Shown: in pieces, positions 29,219-39,951 of the stretch
How positions within the stretch are numbered: position 1 is the first letter of the stretch
Layout of the letters: each line of letters opens with the position of its first letter
NCBI GenBank assembly: GCA_001793095.1
Contig: MGHG01000004.1
Coordinates: 7,542 to 71,541 of the forward strand
Direction of reading: 5' to 3'
DNA from: Candidatus Woesebacteria bacterium RIFCSPLOWO2_01_FULL_39_23
Lineage (GTDB): Bacteria > Patescibacteriota > Microgenomatia > UBA8517
DNA length: 64,000 nucleotides
Program-made: the position numbers and the translations under genes
The notes under the pieces: model-generated
What the model was told of the DNA's origin: nothing
The model's input: the letters and a program-made list of their open reading frames with translations, nothing else
Database searches by the model: none

Positions 29219-30730
29219 ATGTTAGTTTTTAATAGCTTAACAAGAAAAAAGGAAGAGTTTGTGCCAATTAACCCCGGACATGTTGGTATGTATTCCTGCG
29301 GGCCGACCGTTTATGATTATGTTTCGATCGGTAACTTCAGAACCTATACAACGGCCGATCTAATACTTCGAACCTTACGCTTACGTGGATTCGACGTCAA
29401 TTATGTCATGAATATTACAGACGTTGGCCATTTAACCGGTGATAACCTGGGAGATGCGGATTTGGGTGAAGATAGAATGGAAAAAGCAGCGGCTAGGGAA
29501 GGTAAAACTGCTTGGGATATAGCGAAGTTTTATACTGAGACCTTTCTTAAGGATTCAGAAAAACTTAATCTCCATAAACCCGATGTATTATCCAAAGCGA
29601 CAGATCATATTAAAGAACAAATCGAACTTATTAAAAATATTGAAGAAAAAGGATTTGCCTACAAAATAGCCGACGGCATATATTTTGACACACAAGGATT
29701 TGAAGATAAAACCGGAAAAAAATACGGTGAATTATCGGATTTAGATCAGATTATTGAAGGCGCAAGAGTTGAAATTAACACCGAAAAAAAGAACCCCCGG
29801 GATTTTGCATTGTGGAAATTTTCGTATCCTGAGAAAAAGTTCTTAGACCAGGCTCAGGGAGATAAAAATTCTAAACGGCAGATGGAATGGGAAAGTCCCT
29901 GGGGTGTTGGTTTTCCCGGCTGGCATATCGAGTGCTCTGCAATGAGTATGAAATATTTGGGGGAGAGCTTCGATATTCATCTGGGAGGCGAGGATTTGAA
30001 GCAAACACATCATCCGAATGAAATTGCACAATCTGAAGCGGCAACGGGTAAACTCTTTGTTAAATACTGGGTGCATGTAACTTTTTTGAAAGTCGATGGA
30101 AAAAGAATGGGTAAAAGTTTGGGTAATGCTTACCGGGTAGATGATATTGAAAAAAAGGGTTTTGACCCCTTGGCGCTCAGATATTTTTACTTAACCGCGC
30201 ATTATCGGGATTCTCTGAATTTTACTTGGGATGCACTTAGATCTTCCCAAAAAGCGCTCGATAATTTAAGAAATATAATTCTTGAGGTGAAATCGAGTAA
30301 AAAACGACCCTCATTGTCGCCAGAAAAGTTGCATAAGGTTGATGATTTTCGAAATAGCTTTATTCACAGCTTGGAGGATGATATTAATACGCCTCAAGCT
30401 CTCGCCACCCTATGGAATATGCTGAAAAGTAATATCCCTTCGGAAGATAAGTACGACACGGCTCTTTATTTCGACGAAGTTTTAGGATTAAACTTGGCTG
30501 GCATAAAACAACTTGTAAAAAAAGAAATTAAAACCCCTTCCGGTGATGTAATAATTACCCCAGTAAATTTAAGCACAGCTACAATTTCTAGAATAGAAGA
30601 AAGAAACGTTTTAAGGGCACACGGTAAATTTGGAGAAGCTGATCAGAAAAGAATAGAGATAAACCGGGTTGACAATATTGCCGTACAAGACACGGCGATG
30701 GGTACCGTTGTGTCTCCTTTAAAAAAATAA
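29219..30730 (+). CDS. cysS: cysteine--tRNA ligase
   Basis: [20 protein letters not shown] (HIGH region variant); zinc ligands; KMSKS-like [10 protein letters not shown]. Confidence 0.9.
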   Translation: MLVFNSLTRKKEEFVPINPGHVGMYSCGPTVYDYVSIGNFRTYTTADLILRTLRLRGFDVNYVMNITDVGHLTGDNLGDADLGEDRMEKAAAREGKTAWDIAKFYTETFLKDSEKLNLHKPDVLSKATDHIKEQIELIKNIEEKGFAYKIADGIYFDTQGFEDKTGKKYGELSDLDQIIEGARVEINTEKKNPRDFALWKFSYPEKKFLDQAQGDKNSKRQMEWESPWGVGFPGWHIECSAMSMKYLGESFDIHLGGEDLKQTHHPNEIAQSEAATGKLFVKYWVHVTFLKVDGKRMGKSLGNAYRVDDIEKKGFDPLALRYFYLTAHYRDSLNFTWDALRSSQKALDNLRNIILEVKSSKKRPSLSPEKLHKVDDFRNSFIHSLEDDINTPQALATLWNMLKSNIPSEDKYDTALYFDEVLGLNLAGIKQLVKKEIKTPSGDVIITPVNLSTATISRIEERNVLRAHGKFGEADQKRIEINRVDNIAVQDTAMGTVVSPLKK

Positions 30731-30762
30731 ACATTTTTTATTTAATAGGTGGTATTATTTGC

Positions 30763-31416
30763 ATGGATGTTAAAGCCGTAATTTTTGATTTAAACGGAAC
30801 AGTTTTGGAAGATGAATATGTCTATGGTTCGGCGTTTCGGAAAGTCCTCGCATTTCTCGGCAAAAAAGTCGATAAAAAATATCCGCAAGTCGGAGGTATC
30901 GGAGTAGAAGAAAACTGGCCTGGCTTACTATCTAAATACCACATAAAAACATCTGAAACAACGGATGAGCTTGCCCGTTTAACTCAGGAATATTACATCA
31001 AACATTTATCTCGTGTGAAACTTCGAAAAGGGTTTACAAAATTAATTTCTAGTCTAAGAGATAGCGGGATGAAAACTGCTCTTGCAACCTCAAACACCTG
31101 GTGGTTGGTCGATAATGTTTTCGCAGTGTTTCGCATTGCTAAATACTTTGATGTAGTCACAACGAAAGAAGAAGTTACCTTTAATAAACCCTCACCCGAT
31201 ATATATTTATTAACCGCTAAAAAGCTGGGAATAAAACCATTAAATTGTTTGGTAGTTGAGGATTCCGTTGCCGGTTTGACTGCCGCAAGGGACGCAGGAA
31301 TGAGAACTGTTGCCATAGTTTGGGATGGGAAAAACGTGTTAACATTAAAAAAATACTCCGATCTTTCTCTAAAAGATTTTACAGAGTTAAGTCCTGATGG
31401 CATCAAAATGGTTTAG
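30763..31416 (+). CDS. HAD-superfamily hydrolase (beta-phosphoglucomutase-like)
   Basis: Motif I VIFDLNGTV; C-terminal VEDSVAGLTAARDAGM. Confidence 0.7.
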   Translation: MDVKAVIFDLNGTVLEDEYVYGSAFRKVLAFLGKKVDKKYPQVGGIGVEENWPGLLSKYHIKTSETTDELARLTQEYYIKHLSRVKLRKGFTKLISSLRDSGMKTALATSNTWWLVDNVFAVFRIAKYFDVVTTKEEVTFNKPSPDIYLLTAKKLGIKPLNCLVVEDSVAGLTAARDAGMRTVAIVWDGKNVLTLKKYSDLSLKDFTELSPDGIKMV

Positions 31417-31440
31417 TAAATGGTGTAATATATAAAGTGG

Positions 31441-32286
31441 ATGAGAAAATTTAGCCTTAGTTTAAGTATCGCGATTCTGAGTTTATTATTTGTTTTTTAT
31501 ACGAAGAACTTATTTGCGCAAAACCCAACGAGAGATGAATTCAATCGAGCTCTCGAGACCTATTCGATAAAATACGAAGAATATAATAAAGCGCACGATG
31601 AATATGTACTGGCAAAAGCGCAATATATAAAATTTAAAACGCTCGCCAGCAAAACCAATGCCCAAGCGGCTACTGTTGATATGCTTCAAAAGCGCGATGA
31701 AGTTGTAATTTATTATCTTTATGCTATTCGTGCCCGCTTGAACGATAGTTCGATAACTATTGATGACGCAAAGAAAAACGATCTTTTCGGAAAACTCGAT
31801 TCTGAAGTAAGTTGGTTCAATACCCATAAACAAAACATTTCAACAAACGATTCTCTTGAAAATTTAATAATCAAGTCAGACGAAGCTAAGGCTGAATTTA
31901 AGAAATTTAATTTTCCTGTTTATGATAGTTTATTCTCAATTTCAAGGGGGCGTATGGTCAAATACAGGAGCAGATTCGACACCTCATTTACAGGATTAAC
32001 TGACTTAGTAGCAAAAATAAGGACGGAAAAAAGAGCGGAGTACTCACTTTCCGAAGACAAGCTTAATACCATCGATAGGTGGGTAACGGAAATAAGAGAC
32101 AGACTGATTAAAAGTGATTCTGAGATGTCGAAGGCCGATGAGGCAGCACACAAGATGACTGGAGAGATTGATAATAGGGGGACTTATAACGGTGCGCTAG
32201 TCTCCCTTGGTAAAGCCAATGACTATTTAAAACAATCTATCTCATATACGAAAGAAATTATCAGAGAAATTAAAATTGCAGAATAG
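31441..32286 (+). CDS. hypothetical secreted protein
   Basis: N-terminal signal peptide LSLSIAILSLLFVFYTKNLFA. Confidence 0.4.
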   Translation: MRKFSLSLSIAILSLLFVFYTKNLFAQNPTRDEFNRALETYSIKYEEYNKAHDEYVLAKAQYIKFKTLASKTNAQAATVDMLQKRDEVVIYYLYAIRARLNDSSITIDDAKKNDLFGKLDSEVSWFNTHKQNISTNDSLENLIIKSDEAKAEFKKFNFPVYDSLFSISRGRMVKYRSRFDTSFTGLTDLVAKIRTEKRAEYSLSEDKLNTIDRWVTEIRDRLIKSDSEMSKADEAAHKMTGEIDNRGTYNGALVSLGKANDYLKQSISYTKEIIREIKIAE

Positions 32287-32761
32287 TTCTATGGTTGACG
32301 AAAAAAATATTGAAGCTATAAACCCGTCGGTAACCCCGGAGACCGAGCCGGAGGTAGCTCCTGAATTAACTCCCAGGGATAAGTTTTTTGCACGAATAAG
32401 TAGGATTCTTAGAAATGCCTTGGCCGGAAAACCGAAAGCAGGGGAATCGGTTGAAGCACGTTCATCAAAAAGCCCGTTAAAAATAGGAGTATTTTTGATA
32501 TTACTTATAATTATCGGATTGGGAGTTTATGCGAAATTTTTTATGGAAAAAGCTGGTGTCGAGGATATATCTACGTTGCCGCCGACTCCGACTTATTCTC
32601 CTTATCAGAAATATAAGCCGTCAATTTATGCTGATGATCCCGTCGTATTGAAATTGGAGGAAGATTTTAATGTTCTGGAAGCCGAAATGCTTACAACTCC
32701 CCTTACTGAGGGGACACTAACTCTTCCTGTTTTGGATTTTGAGATCAACTTCAACAAGTAA
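32276..32761 (+). CDS. hypothetical membrane-anchored protein
   Basis: Single TM helix IGVFLILLIIIGLGVYAKFF. Confidence 0.35.
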   Translation: MQNSSMVDEKNIEAINPSVTPETEPEVAPELTPRDKFFARISRILRNALAGKPKAGESVEARSSKSPLKIGVFLILLIIIGLGVYAKFFMEKAGVEDISTLPPTPTYSPYQKYKPSIYADDPVVLKLEEDFNVLEAEMLTTPLTEGTLTLPVLDFEINFNK

Positions 32762-32770
32762 CAATTATTA

Positions 32771-34297
32771 ATGAGTATAAATAGTCTCCGAAAAGTACTT
32801 GGGAAAATTTACTCGAATTATTATCTAATGCTTTTTATAGTATGTTTCATAATTAATATAGGGTTAGTAACTGTCGGTTGGAAACATTCTCTTTCCGACT
32901 TTCATGGTTTCAGGCAAAGCCAAGTAGCAATAAGTATCTATTACCTATTGAAAGACGGATTCACATTAAATTATCAAACACCGGTTTTAGGAGCACCTTG
33001 GTCGATACCATTAGAATTTCCGACTTATCAATTCTTGGTTGCCAGCTTGGTTAAAATATTCGGCTTTCAGATTGAAACAACGGGTCGGTTTGTCAGCCTG
33101 GTATTTTTTTATTTATGCATAACGACGGTTTTGTTGATACTCAAGGAACTTGGAATCGAGCATAATAAGCGTTTGCTTAGCGCTTCACTAATTTTAATCT
33201 CACCCGTTTATATTTTTTGGTCGCGAACTACTCTTATCGAATCAACAGCACTTGCTTTAAGTCTTTTATATATTTATTTCTTGATTCTTGCGATAGATGG
33301 GTCTAAAAAAACATGGTTGATGCTTGCTACAGCTATTATCGGGTCAATTGCGGGAATGACGAAACCGACGACATTTACCCCGTTTATATTTCTGGCATGT
33401 GTAATTGTGTTTTCGAAATTCAAGACTCGCAATACTTTCATTTCCGAATTTTTTAAGGTGTTTATTTTCTATATTGGTGTTCCGCTTGTGTTTTCGGGTT
33501 TATGGCTAATGTATGCCGGATTTACAAGGAACCAAAACCCACTAGCCGGATTTTTATCGTCAACAGCTTTAACTAAAATGTGGTATCTGGGAGCATGGCA
33601 GAAACGTCTCTCTTTTTTTTCCTGGAAGTATCTGATGTTAAAGGTAATGGTTGTCGATATGCCTTATGTTACTCCTCTTGTAATACTCGGGCTCGTTTGT
33701 AACATCTTTCGTAAAATACCACGAAGAGATGTGATGTTGATAATTGGTCTTATGCTATCCTTTCTTATCGGACCCGTAATTTTTACCAAACTTTGGTATT
33801 ATCACGATTATTATGCATACGAGAGTGAGGTTTTTCTTTTGATAGTATTAGGCATATTTTTAGTTCATCTTATAAACTCAAAATATATCGGCGTTTTCGG
33901 CCAAGTTATCATAATTCCAGTATGTATTATTTTGTCGATTTATTCATATAAAATTGCTTATTACAAATATCAATCCGAAAATTTTACTTACGGTAACAAT
34001 TTGGGAGCGATTATTGAAAGACAGACGAAGGTGGGGGGTGTAATTTTGTATTACATTAACGATTGGAATACGCAAATACCGTATTATTCAAAAAGAAAAG
34101 CACTCATGGATAGAGAAAATCTGCCTTTGACTGATCCGAAGATTCAAAGGAGCTTGGAGTTGACAGGCAGGGAAAATATCGCAGGGGTGCTAAGTATTAA
34201 TAAAAACAGGGACTTTTTAAAGCCGAGGATTGATTACTTCGGTCTTAAATCCGAGCCGGTTTATGAAGATGACTGGGCTGTTTTATATACGAAATAA
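32771..34297 (+). CDS. GT-C fold glycosyltransferase-like polytopic membrane protein (ArnT/PMT-like)
   Basis: About 11 TM helices; first-loop segment PVLGAPWSIPLEFPTYQFLVASLVKIFG...RFVSLVFFYL fits the ArnT/PMT pattern. Confidence 0.45.
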   Translation: MSINSLRKVLGKIYSNYYLMLFIVCFIINIGLVTVGWKHSLSDFHGFRQSQVAISIYYLLKDGFTLNYQTPVLGAPWSIPLEFPTYQFLVASLVKIFGFQIETTGRFVSLVFFYLCITTVLLILKELGIEHNKRLLSASLILISPVYIFWSRTTLIESTALALSLLYIYFLILAIDGSKKTWLMLATAIIGSIAGMTKPTTFTPFIFLACVIVFSKFKTRNTFISEFFKVFIFYIGVPLVFSGLWLMYAGFTRNQNPLAGFLSSTALTKMWYLGAWQKRLSFFSWKYLMLKVMVVDMPYVTPLVILGLVCNIFRKIPRRDVMLIIGLMLSFLIGPVIFTKLWYYHDYYAYESEVFLLIVLGIFLVHLINSKYIGVFGQVIIIPVCIILSIYSYKIAYYKYQSENFTYGNNLGAIIERQTKVGGVILYYINDWNTQIPYYSKRKALMDRENLPLTDPKIQRSLELTGRENIAGVLSINKNRDFLKPRIDYFGLKSEPVYEDDWAVLYTK

Positions 34298-34316
34298 ATA
34301 AGTGGTTTTTTGGTTA

Positions 34317-34661
34317 TCAAAGCTTAATTTTTTTTATGTTAAATGCAGCCGTTTCAGGATTCTTAGTTGTCACTGTTTTGATCCCGATATGGTCGAACAT
34401 AGGAAATGCTTTACGGATTTCATTTTGAAATTTTTCGGCTAATCCTCCAGAATATTTATTATACATACCTCTTTCGGTATTAGAGCAAAGACGATTCTCG
34501 TAATCTTTAACAATTTCCTGAATTTTTGCCCCGTCTTCGTTGAAAGTTTTTTGCCAAAGGTCAGGATTTAATTGATACTCATCGTGGATTTTACGGAAAA
34601 TATCAAAGACATTTTTATTTTCTTTGAGCATTTTACGGAAATATTCTTTGTATTTAACCAT
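34317..34661 (-). CDS. hypothetical protein
   Basis: 114-aa ORF. Confidence 0.3.
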   Translation of the reverse strand: MVKYKEYFRKMLKENKNVFDIFRKIHDEYQLNPDLWQKTFNEDGAKIQEIVKDYENRLCSNTERGMYNKYSGGLAEKFQNEIRKAFPMFDHIGIKTVTTKNPETAAFNIKKIKL

Positions 34662-34707
34662 ACAAGATTATATTAATAGATATGCTATATTAATTGTACT
34701 AAAAAAT

Positions 34708-36675
34708 ATGACCCTGTTTAAAAAAAGACCCGATGTTAATTATATTCTAATCAATGCATTTCTGACATCGGCTTATTTTATTTCAGCAAAACTAGGTTTG
34801 CTTTTTGCGGTTAGTGTAGAACAGGTTACTCTTTTTTGGCCACCGGTTGGTATCTCCCTGGCTTTTTTACTTATTTTCGGGAAAAAATATTGGCCGGGTG
34901 TTTTTATAGGTGCTTTTTTTGCAAATGTTTTGACCAGCGAGCCGGTCGGTGTTGCATTGATTATTGCTATAGGTAATACATTGGAAGCGCTCGTGGGTAC
35001 CTATCTACTTGAAAGATTTAATTTTAATAAGTCATTTGTTTCATTAACTGATTTTATAAGATTTATTATTTTAGGGGTTATAGTCAGTACTGTAATAAGT
35101 TCAACGGTGGGCGTCACGAGTTTGTGGTTAGTGGGGTTAATTCAAACTGATGACATAATAAGAATTTTTGGTATATGGTGGTTGGGCGATGCAATAGGAG
35201 ATTTGATATTCGCCTCCTTAATTCTCATTTTGTTCAGTGAAAAAAAACTTTTTTGGAGTTTTGAAAAAGGTATCGAATTTATACTGATTATTATAGCTAC
35301 AACTCTTATTAGTATTCTTGTTTTTTTAAGCCAATCTATCATTTATATCCTTTTCCCCTTTTTTGTTTTGGGTGCAATTCGCTTCAAGAAGTTGGGATCG
35401 GTGGCTTTAGCTCTTATTATTTCGGTAGTATCAGTTTGGGGAACTTTTTTCCAACAAAGCGGCCCGTTCTACATTCCCGGTAACCTAGAATTAAGTTTAT
35501 TACATCTCCAGTTATTTGTGGGCATAGTGACTGCGACATATCTCGGATTAGCTATAGCTATTCAGGAAAATGCAGAAGCAAGAGACAGGCTGCAGGATCT
35601 GAATACTGATCTAAGAAAATTTAAACTTGCGGTAGCATATGCATCTGATCATATTATCATAACGGATGCTGACGGGAAGATTTTATACGCGAATAGGGCA
35701 GCAGTTAAGACTACTGGCTACAGCACTAAAGAAATGCTGGGAAAAAATCCCAGTTTGTGGGGAGGTCAAATGCCGGATAAATTTTATGAAAAAATGTGGA
35801 ACGTCATAAAAAATAACAAAAAAACATTCCGAGCCGAGGTTATTAATAAACGCAAAAATGGCATATTATACAGTTCAGCAATCGGAATTAGTCCCGTATT
35901 GGACAGTATCGGTAATATTGCGTTCTATGTAGGTATTGAGAGAGATATTACCCGCGAGAAGGAAATTGACCGCATGAAAACTGAATTTATTTCGCTTGCA
36001 TCGCACCAACTCAGAACTCCCTTGGGAATTAACCGCTGGTATCTTGAAATGCTGCTCTATGGTGATTATGGAAAGATACCCATTAGAATCAGAAGGGTTG
36101 TTCATGATATTTATAAGGTGAATAATAGATTAATCACACTTGTGAATAATCTTCTCTCGGTTAGCAGAATCCAAGAAGGAAAGCCGCTTAACAAGCCCAC
36201 TGAAACTAATGTCATAAATCTCATAAAAGAAGAAATATCCCGGATTAAACCCGAGGCAGATAAGTACGGACTTCAGATGCGACTGCACTTACATAAATCA
36301 AAGGTCAAATTTCCTTTAATAAAAATTGATGCGACAAAATTAGCAAATGTGCTAATGAACCTTCTTTCTAATGCAGTCAAATACAATGTAATTAACGGAT
36401 CGGTTGATGTTTATGCAGGTATTGCGGGAAAAATGATTAAGATTGTTATTAAAGACACCGGAGTCGGAATTCAAAACAAAGATAAGGAAAAAATTTTTCA
36501 GAAGTTTTATAGGACTGAAGACGCAACCAATATGCGCTCGGATGGGAGCGGGTTGGGATTATTCGTTTCTAAATCATACATTGATGCATGGGGTGGAAGA
36601 ATTTATTTTAAGAGTCATCACAAGAGGGGTACTACTTTTTATATCTATTTACCTTTTCAGCCAAAGAAGGTATAG
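34708..36675 (+). CDS. sensor histidine kinase (polytopic membrane sensor domain, PAS, HisKA, HATPase_c)
   Basis: About 9 TM helices; PAS AYASDHIIITDADGKILYANRAAVKTTGYSTKEMLGKN; H-box FISLASHQLRTPL; G-boxes DTGVGI, GSGLGL. Start taken at internal Met to avoid overlapping the upstream gene. Confidence 0.8.
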   Translation: MTLFKKRPDVNYILINAFLTSAYFISAKLGLLFAVSVEQVTLFWPPVGISLAFLLIFGKKYWPGVFIGAFFANVLTSEPVGVALIIAIGNTLEALVGTYLLERFNFNKSFVSLTDFIRFIILGVIVSTVISSTVGVTSLWLVGLIQTDDIIRIFGIWWLGDAIGDLIFASLILILFSEKKLFWSFEKGIEFILIIIATTLISILVFLSQSIIYILFPFFVLGAIRFKKLGSVALALIISVVSVWGTFFQQSGPFYIPGNLELSLLHLQLFVGIVTATYLGLAIAIQENAEARDRLQDLNTDLRKFKLAVAYASDHIIITDADGKILYANRAAVKTTGYSTKEMLGKNPSLWGGQMPDKFYEKMWNVIKNNKKTFRAEVINKRKNGILYSSAIGISPVLDSIGNIAFYVGIERDITREKEIDRMKTEFISLASHQLRTPLGINRWYLEMLLYGDYGKIPIRIRRVVHDIYKVNNRLITLVNNLLSVSRIQEGKPLNKPTETNVINLIKEEISRIKPEADKYGLQMRLHLHKSKVKFPLIKIDATKLANVLMNLLSNAVKYNVINGSVDVYAGIAGKMIKIVIKDTGVGIQNKDKEKIFQKFYRTEDATNMRSDGSGLGLFVSKSYIDAWGGRIYFKSHHKRGTTFYIYLPFQPKKV

Positions 36676-36699
36676 TAGTTAGAAGCTAACTTAATTTAC

Positions 36700-37080
36700 A
36701 TGAAAATATTAATAATCGAAGACGATGAACAATACCAGAGTATACTATCTAGAAAACTAACTTCCAGCGGTTATGAGGTTGAAGTTGCAATAAACGGTAA
36801 GGACGCGCTTATTAAACTTAATAAAAATAAGATCAGTCTCATTATTCTTGACTTGCTGATGCCGGAAATGAGTGGGTGGAAGTTTATGTATGAGATGAGT
36901 CGCACACAACATAAGAATATCCCCATAATAATTTTGACCAATGCCAGTGAAGCCGCTTATCCCTCAAGGGTACCTCTTGTGATGGACTTTTTGATTAAAG
37001 CTGATGTTTCTCTGGACGAACTCGTTAAAAAAGTCGGTAAACACATGTCGGCTGGTGAAACAAAAAAGAAGTCAAAGTAA
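36700..37080 (+). CDS. stand-alone response regulator receiver (CheY-like)
   Basis: MKILIIEDDE...LIILDLLMPEMSGW...IPIIILT; no output domain. Confidence 0.8.
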   Translation: MKILIIEDDEQYQSILSRKLTSSGYEVEVAINGKDALIKLNKNKISLIILDLLMPEMSGWKFMYEMSRTQHKNIPIIILTNASEAAYPSRVPLVMDFLIKADVSLDELVKKVGKHMSAGETKKKSK

Positions 37081-37087
37081 TCTTTAC

Positions 37088-37462
37088 ATGTCAAAGGTAT
37101 TAATTGTTGAAGACGATTTACCAACCTTAAAGATATATAATGAGGCTTTCACGAAAGCAGGTATAGGCGTAAGAGAATTTACAAGTGGAGATATTCCGAT
37201 TGCTTTTATGAAATCCGTTGATCCCGATGTTATTCTTTTGGACATAATGCTCGCCGGCGGGAAAAATGGTTTTGACGTTTTAGAAGATATTAAAAAGGAT
37301 CCGGATTTAAAAAAAATACCTGTGATTATGCTGACCAATTTGGAATCCGAAGATGTAATAGCGAAAAAAATAGGAGCAGATGATTATCTCATAAAAGCTA
37401 ATATTTCTCTTGACCAGCTTGTTGAGCGGGTGAAAAAATTTCTGAAATCTAAAAAAGACTGA
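37088..37462 (+). CDS. second stand-alone response regulator receiver
   Basis: MSKVLIVEDD...VILLDIMLAGGKNGF...IPVIMLT; internal start of track ORF 37004..37462. Confidence 0.8.
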   Translation: MSKVLIVEDDLPTLKIYNEAFTKAGIGVREFTSGDIPIAFMKSVDPDVILLDIMLAGGKNGFDVLEDIKKDPDLKKIPVIMLTNLESEDVIAKKIGADDYLIKANISLDQLVERVKKFLKSKKD

Positions 37463-37470
37463 TATTTTAC

Positions 37471-37902
37471 ATGACCACGAAGCGCGACTCTTTGCTTCTG
37501 ACGATCGATCTTGTTCCTGCAGCTTCCTGGAGCCTGAATCTTCACAAAATTCTACCGAAAAATAAATGGCGAAAAATTCGTGAGGAGATTATTAGTAAAT
37601 CCGGAGGTTTATGTATAATTTGCGGAGGGGCTCCGCCCTTAGAGTGTCATGAGGTGTGGGATTACGACGATACTGATCACGTACAAACTCTTACGGGTTT
37701 TTTGGCACTATGTAAAAAATGCCATGCCATTAAACATATAGGTTTTAAGGTACAAGCGGGTGCTGAGAAAGAGGAATTAATTAGGCACTTTATGCGTGTC
37801 AATAAATGCGACAGGAGTGTATTTAATACGCATTATAAAAAGGCAATGGATGAATTTGACAGGAGGTCAAAATTTGAATGGGTGATTAATTTTAGTTCCT
37901 AA
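37471..37902 (+). CDS. HNH-nuclease-like zinc-binding protein
   Basis: CIICGGAPPLECHEVWDYDD...LCKKCHAIKH gives CxxC...HE...CxxCH spacing typical of HNH. Confidence 0.4.
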   Translation: MTTKRDSLLLTIDLVPAASWSLNLHKILPKNKWRKIREEIISKSGGLCIICGGAPPLECHEVWDYDDTDHVQTLTGFLALCKKCHAIKHIGFKVQAGAEKEELIRHFMRVNKCDRSVFNTHYKKAMDEFDRRSKFEWVINFSS

Positions 37903-38434
37903 ATGTTGACCAAAATAACAGATCAGTTGGTAAGCGATAAACAACATAATCAAATTATTGGTTAGAAGACAAATCTATTAAAATTTGCATTGGGAGAGTA
38001 AAATTCTCACATGACTCCGGATATTTTAAAAGTAGACAATTGTTTAAGGTCCAGAAGAGGAGGTTGTATTAGAAAACCCGATATAGAAACATTGGCCGGT
38101 CAATACAATAACCTTATGGGAACTGATTTGAGCGCTACTGAGGTAATTCTTAATTTGGCTAAGGCAAACGGTTCTGATCCAAAAATAAAAAAATTAAGGA
38201 GACAATATAGAACCCAAAGAGACTCAAGCTGCGAGAATTGTATATTAAGAACCGAAAATATTACTCGACAAAAGAGGAATGGATAAAATAATCTTTTGGT
38301 TATGGCTATTGAGAATAATGAAAAACAACCTCCCCACCGCGAACTTCGATACTGTCCATGCTTAGTTTTTAAATTCGGGGGTGCGGAATGCAACCACTTA
38401 AGAAGAGAAAACGGATTACCCGAAGTTACTCCTG

Positions 38435-38794
38435 TCAGAATCTGGAATCGAGAAGACCTGATTCAGTTAAGGCGCAATAAACTGAATCGCCTGTAACCGT
38501 CGGAGGATCAACAACCTTCATCATTGCCTGGTTGGGTTGCTTTAAGCTGCAAAGAATCCTTAGTTTGTTTTTTGCCCCCGGCTTACTCAGAGCAATAGAA
38601 TTAATATTTTGCAGAGTAATACAGTTTTCACAAATCTCTGTTGCTCCGTATTCGAGTGCATTCTGGTCTATAATTGATGCCTTTACATGGAAGTCTGAGT
38701 AAATGGTGTGTTGAATTGGAATTTCTTCGTTTTCAAAATCTCGCTTTAATGTCATGCCGTGTGTAAAAAGTATTCCTGCTTGTGATTCAACCAT
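38435..38794 (-). CDS. hypothetical protein
   Basis: 119-aa ORF. Confidence 0.25.
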   Translation of the reverse strand: MVESQAGILFTHGMTLKRDFENEEIPIQHTIYSDFHVKASIIDQNALEYGATEICENCITLQNINSIALSKPGAKNKLRILCSLKQPNQAMMKVVDPPTVTGDSVYCALTESGLLDSRF

Positions 38795-38863
38795 AAAATA
38801 TTGGATTGTAGAGTGCGATTATATAATTGGCATATCAAAAAAACCGTGATATAAATTACAGTT

Positions 38864-39838
38864 GTGAAGAGAATATTAATAGCTCTTTTTACGTTATCGG
38901 TATTAATTTTTATATTATTGGCTTACGGCTGGGTGCTTTTCGGTCCGGCAGGAACTTCAAAAGAAATCGAAGTTTTTATCGTTCCGCAGGAAAAAGACGG
39001 ACTTGACGTAACCGAATCGCTTTATGACCAAAGTTTTATCAAAAACGAAAAAGGATTCCGATTTTTACTGGATAAATTTGCCAGGGATAAGGAAATTAAA
39101 CCCGGGGGTTATAGATTTAGTAAGAATATGTATGCCTGGCAGGTTCTGGGTAAAATTACCGGACGCGTAGATTTAGCTTGGGTAACAATTTCTTTTTGCC
39201 CGCGGAAGGAGCAGGTCGGAGAAAAGTTGGCAAGTGCCTTGGGCTGGAGTCAGGATGAGTTGGATAAGTGGAATAACGTATACACAAATACGAAACCCGA
39301 ATATTTTGAAGGTGTTTATTATCCCGATACATACCTTCTCCCTGTTGATGAACATGGCGGCCAAATTGCAGCCAGGTTCATTAACCACTTTAATGAAAAA
39401 TTTACTCCGTTTATAGATAAATTTATTGCCAAAAACATTAAGTGGACGACCGGACTCAAAATAGCCTCACTCATTGCCCGCGAGGCTGGGGGAGTTGAAG
39501 ATATGAAATTAATTTCAGGCATAATTTGGAACCGATTAGATCAGGGGATGGCGCTTCAAATTGATGCTACAATGCAGTATACGCTCGGTAAGAACGAAGA
39601 CGGAAGCTGGTGGGGAGACATAGACTTGGCGGAAAAACAAAAAGACTCACCGTATAACAGCTATTTATATAAAGGACTTTCGCCTACTCCTATTTGCAGC
39701 CCTAACGTTGATGCAATCGAGGCGGCTCTTAATCCAGAAGAGACGGATTGTCTATTTTATCTGCACGATAATGCTAAAAACATACATTGCGCGGTAACCT
39801 ACGAAGAGCATCTGGAGAATATTAAGAAATACCTCTGA
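38864..39838 (+). CDS. mltG: endolytic murein transglycosylase MltG (YceG-like)
   Basis: N-terminal TM anchor; C-terminal ALQIDATMQYTLG...SPYNSYLYKGLSPTPICSPNVDAIEAAL matches the YceG signature. Confidence 0.8.
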   Translation: MKRILIALFTLSVLIFILLAYGWVLFGPAGTSKEIEVFIVPQEKDGLDVTESLYDQSFIKNEKGFRFLLDKFARDKEIKPGGYRFSKNMYAWQVLGKITGRVDLAWVTISFCPRKEQVGEKLASALGWSQDELDKWNNVYTNTKPEYFEGVYYPDTYLLPVDEHGGQIAARFINHFNEKFTPFIDKFIAKNIKWTTGLKIASLIAREAGGVEDMKLISGIIWNRLDQGMALQIDATMQYTLGKNEDGSWWGDIDLAEKQKDSPYNSYLYKGLSPTPICSPNVDAIEAALNPEETDCLFYLHDNAKNIHCAVTYEEHLENIKKYL

Positions 39839-39951
39839 ATGAACTCGGGAATAAAGAAGTATGTATTATGAATTATGTATAATGAATTACGTATTATGGG
39901 TTACGAATTACTAATTACTAATTCAGTATAACGATTAGCCGAATTAACGAC

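Noticed and set aside
38296-38496. Track ORF 66 aa (plus) and 38100-38393 (minus)
   Set aside because: Overlapping, motif-free and in a region with other weak ORFs; treated as uncertain or spurious.
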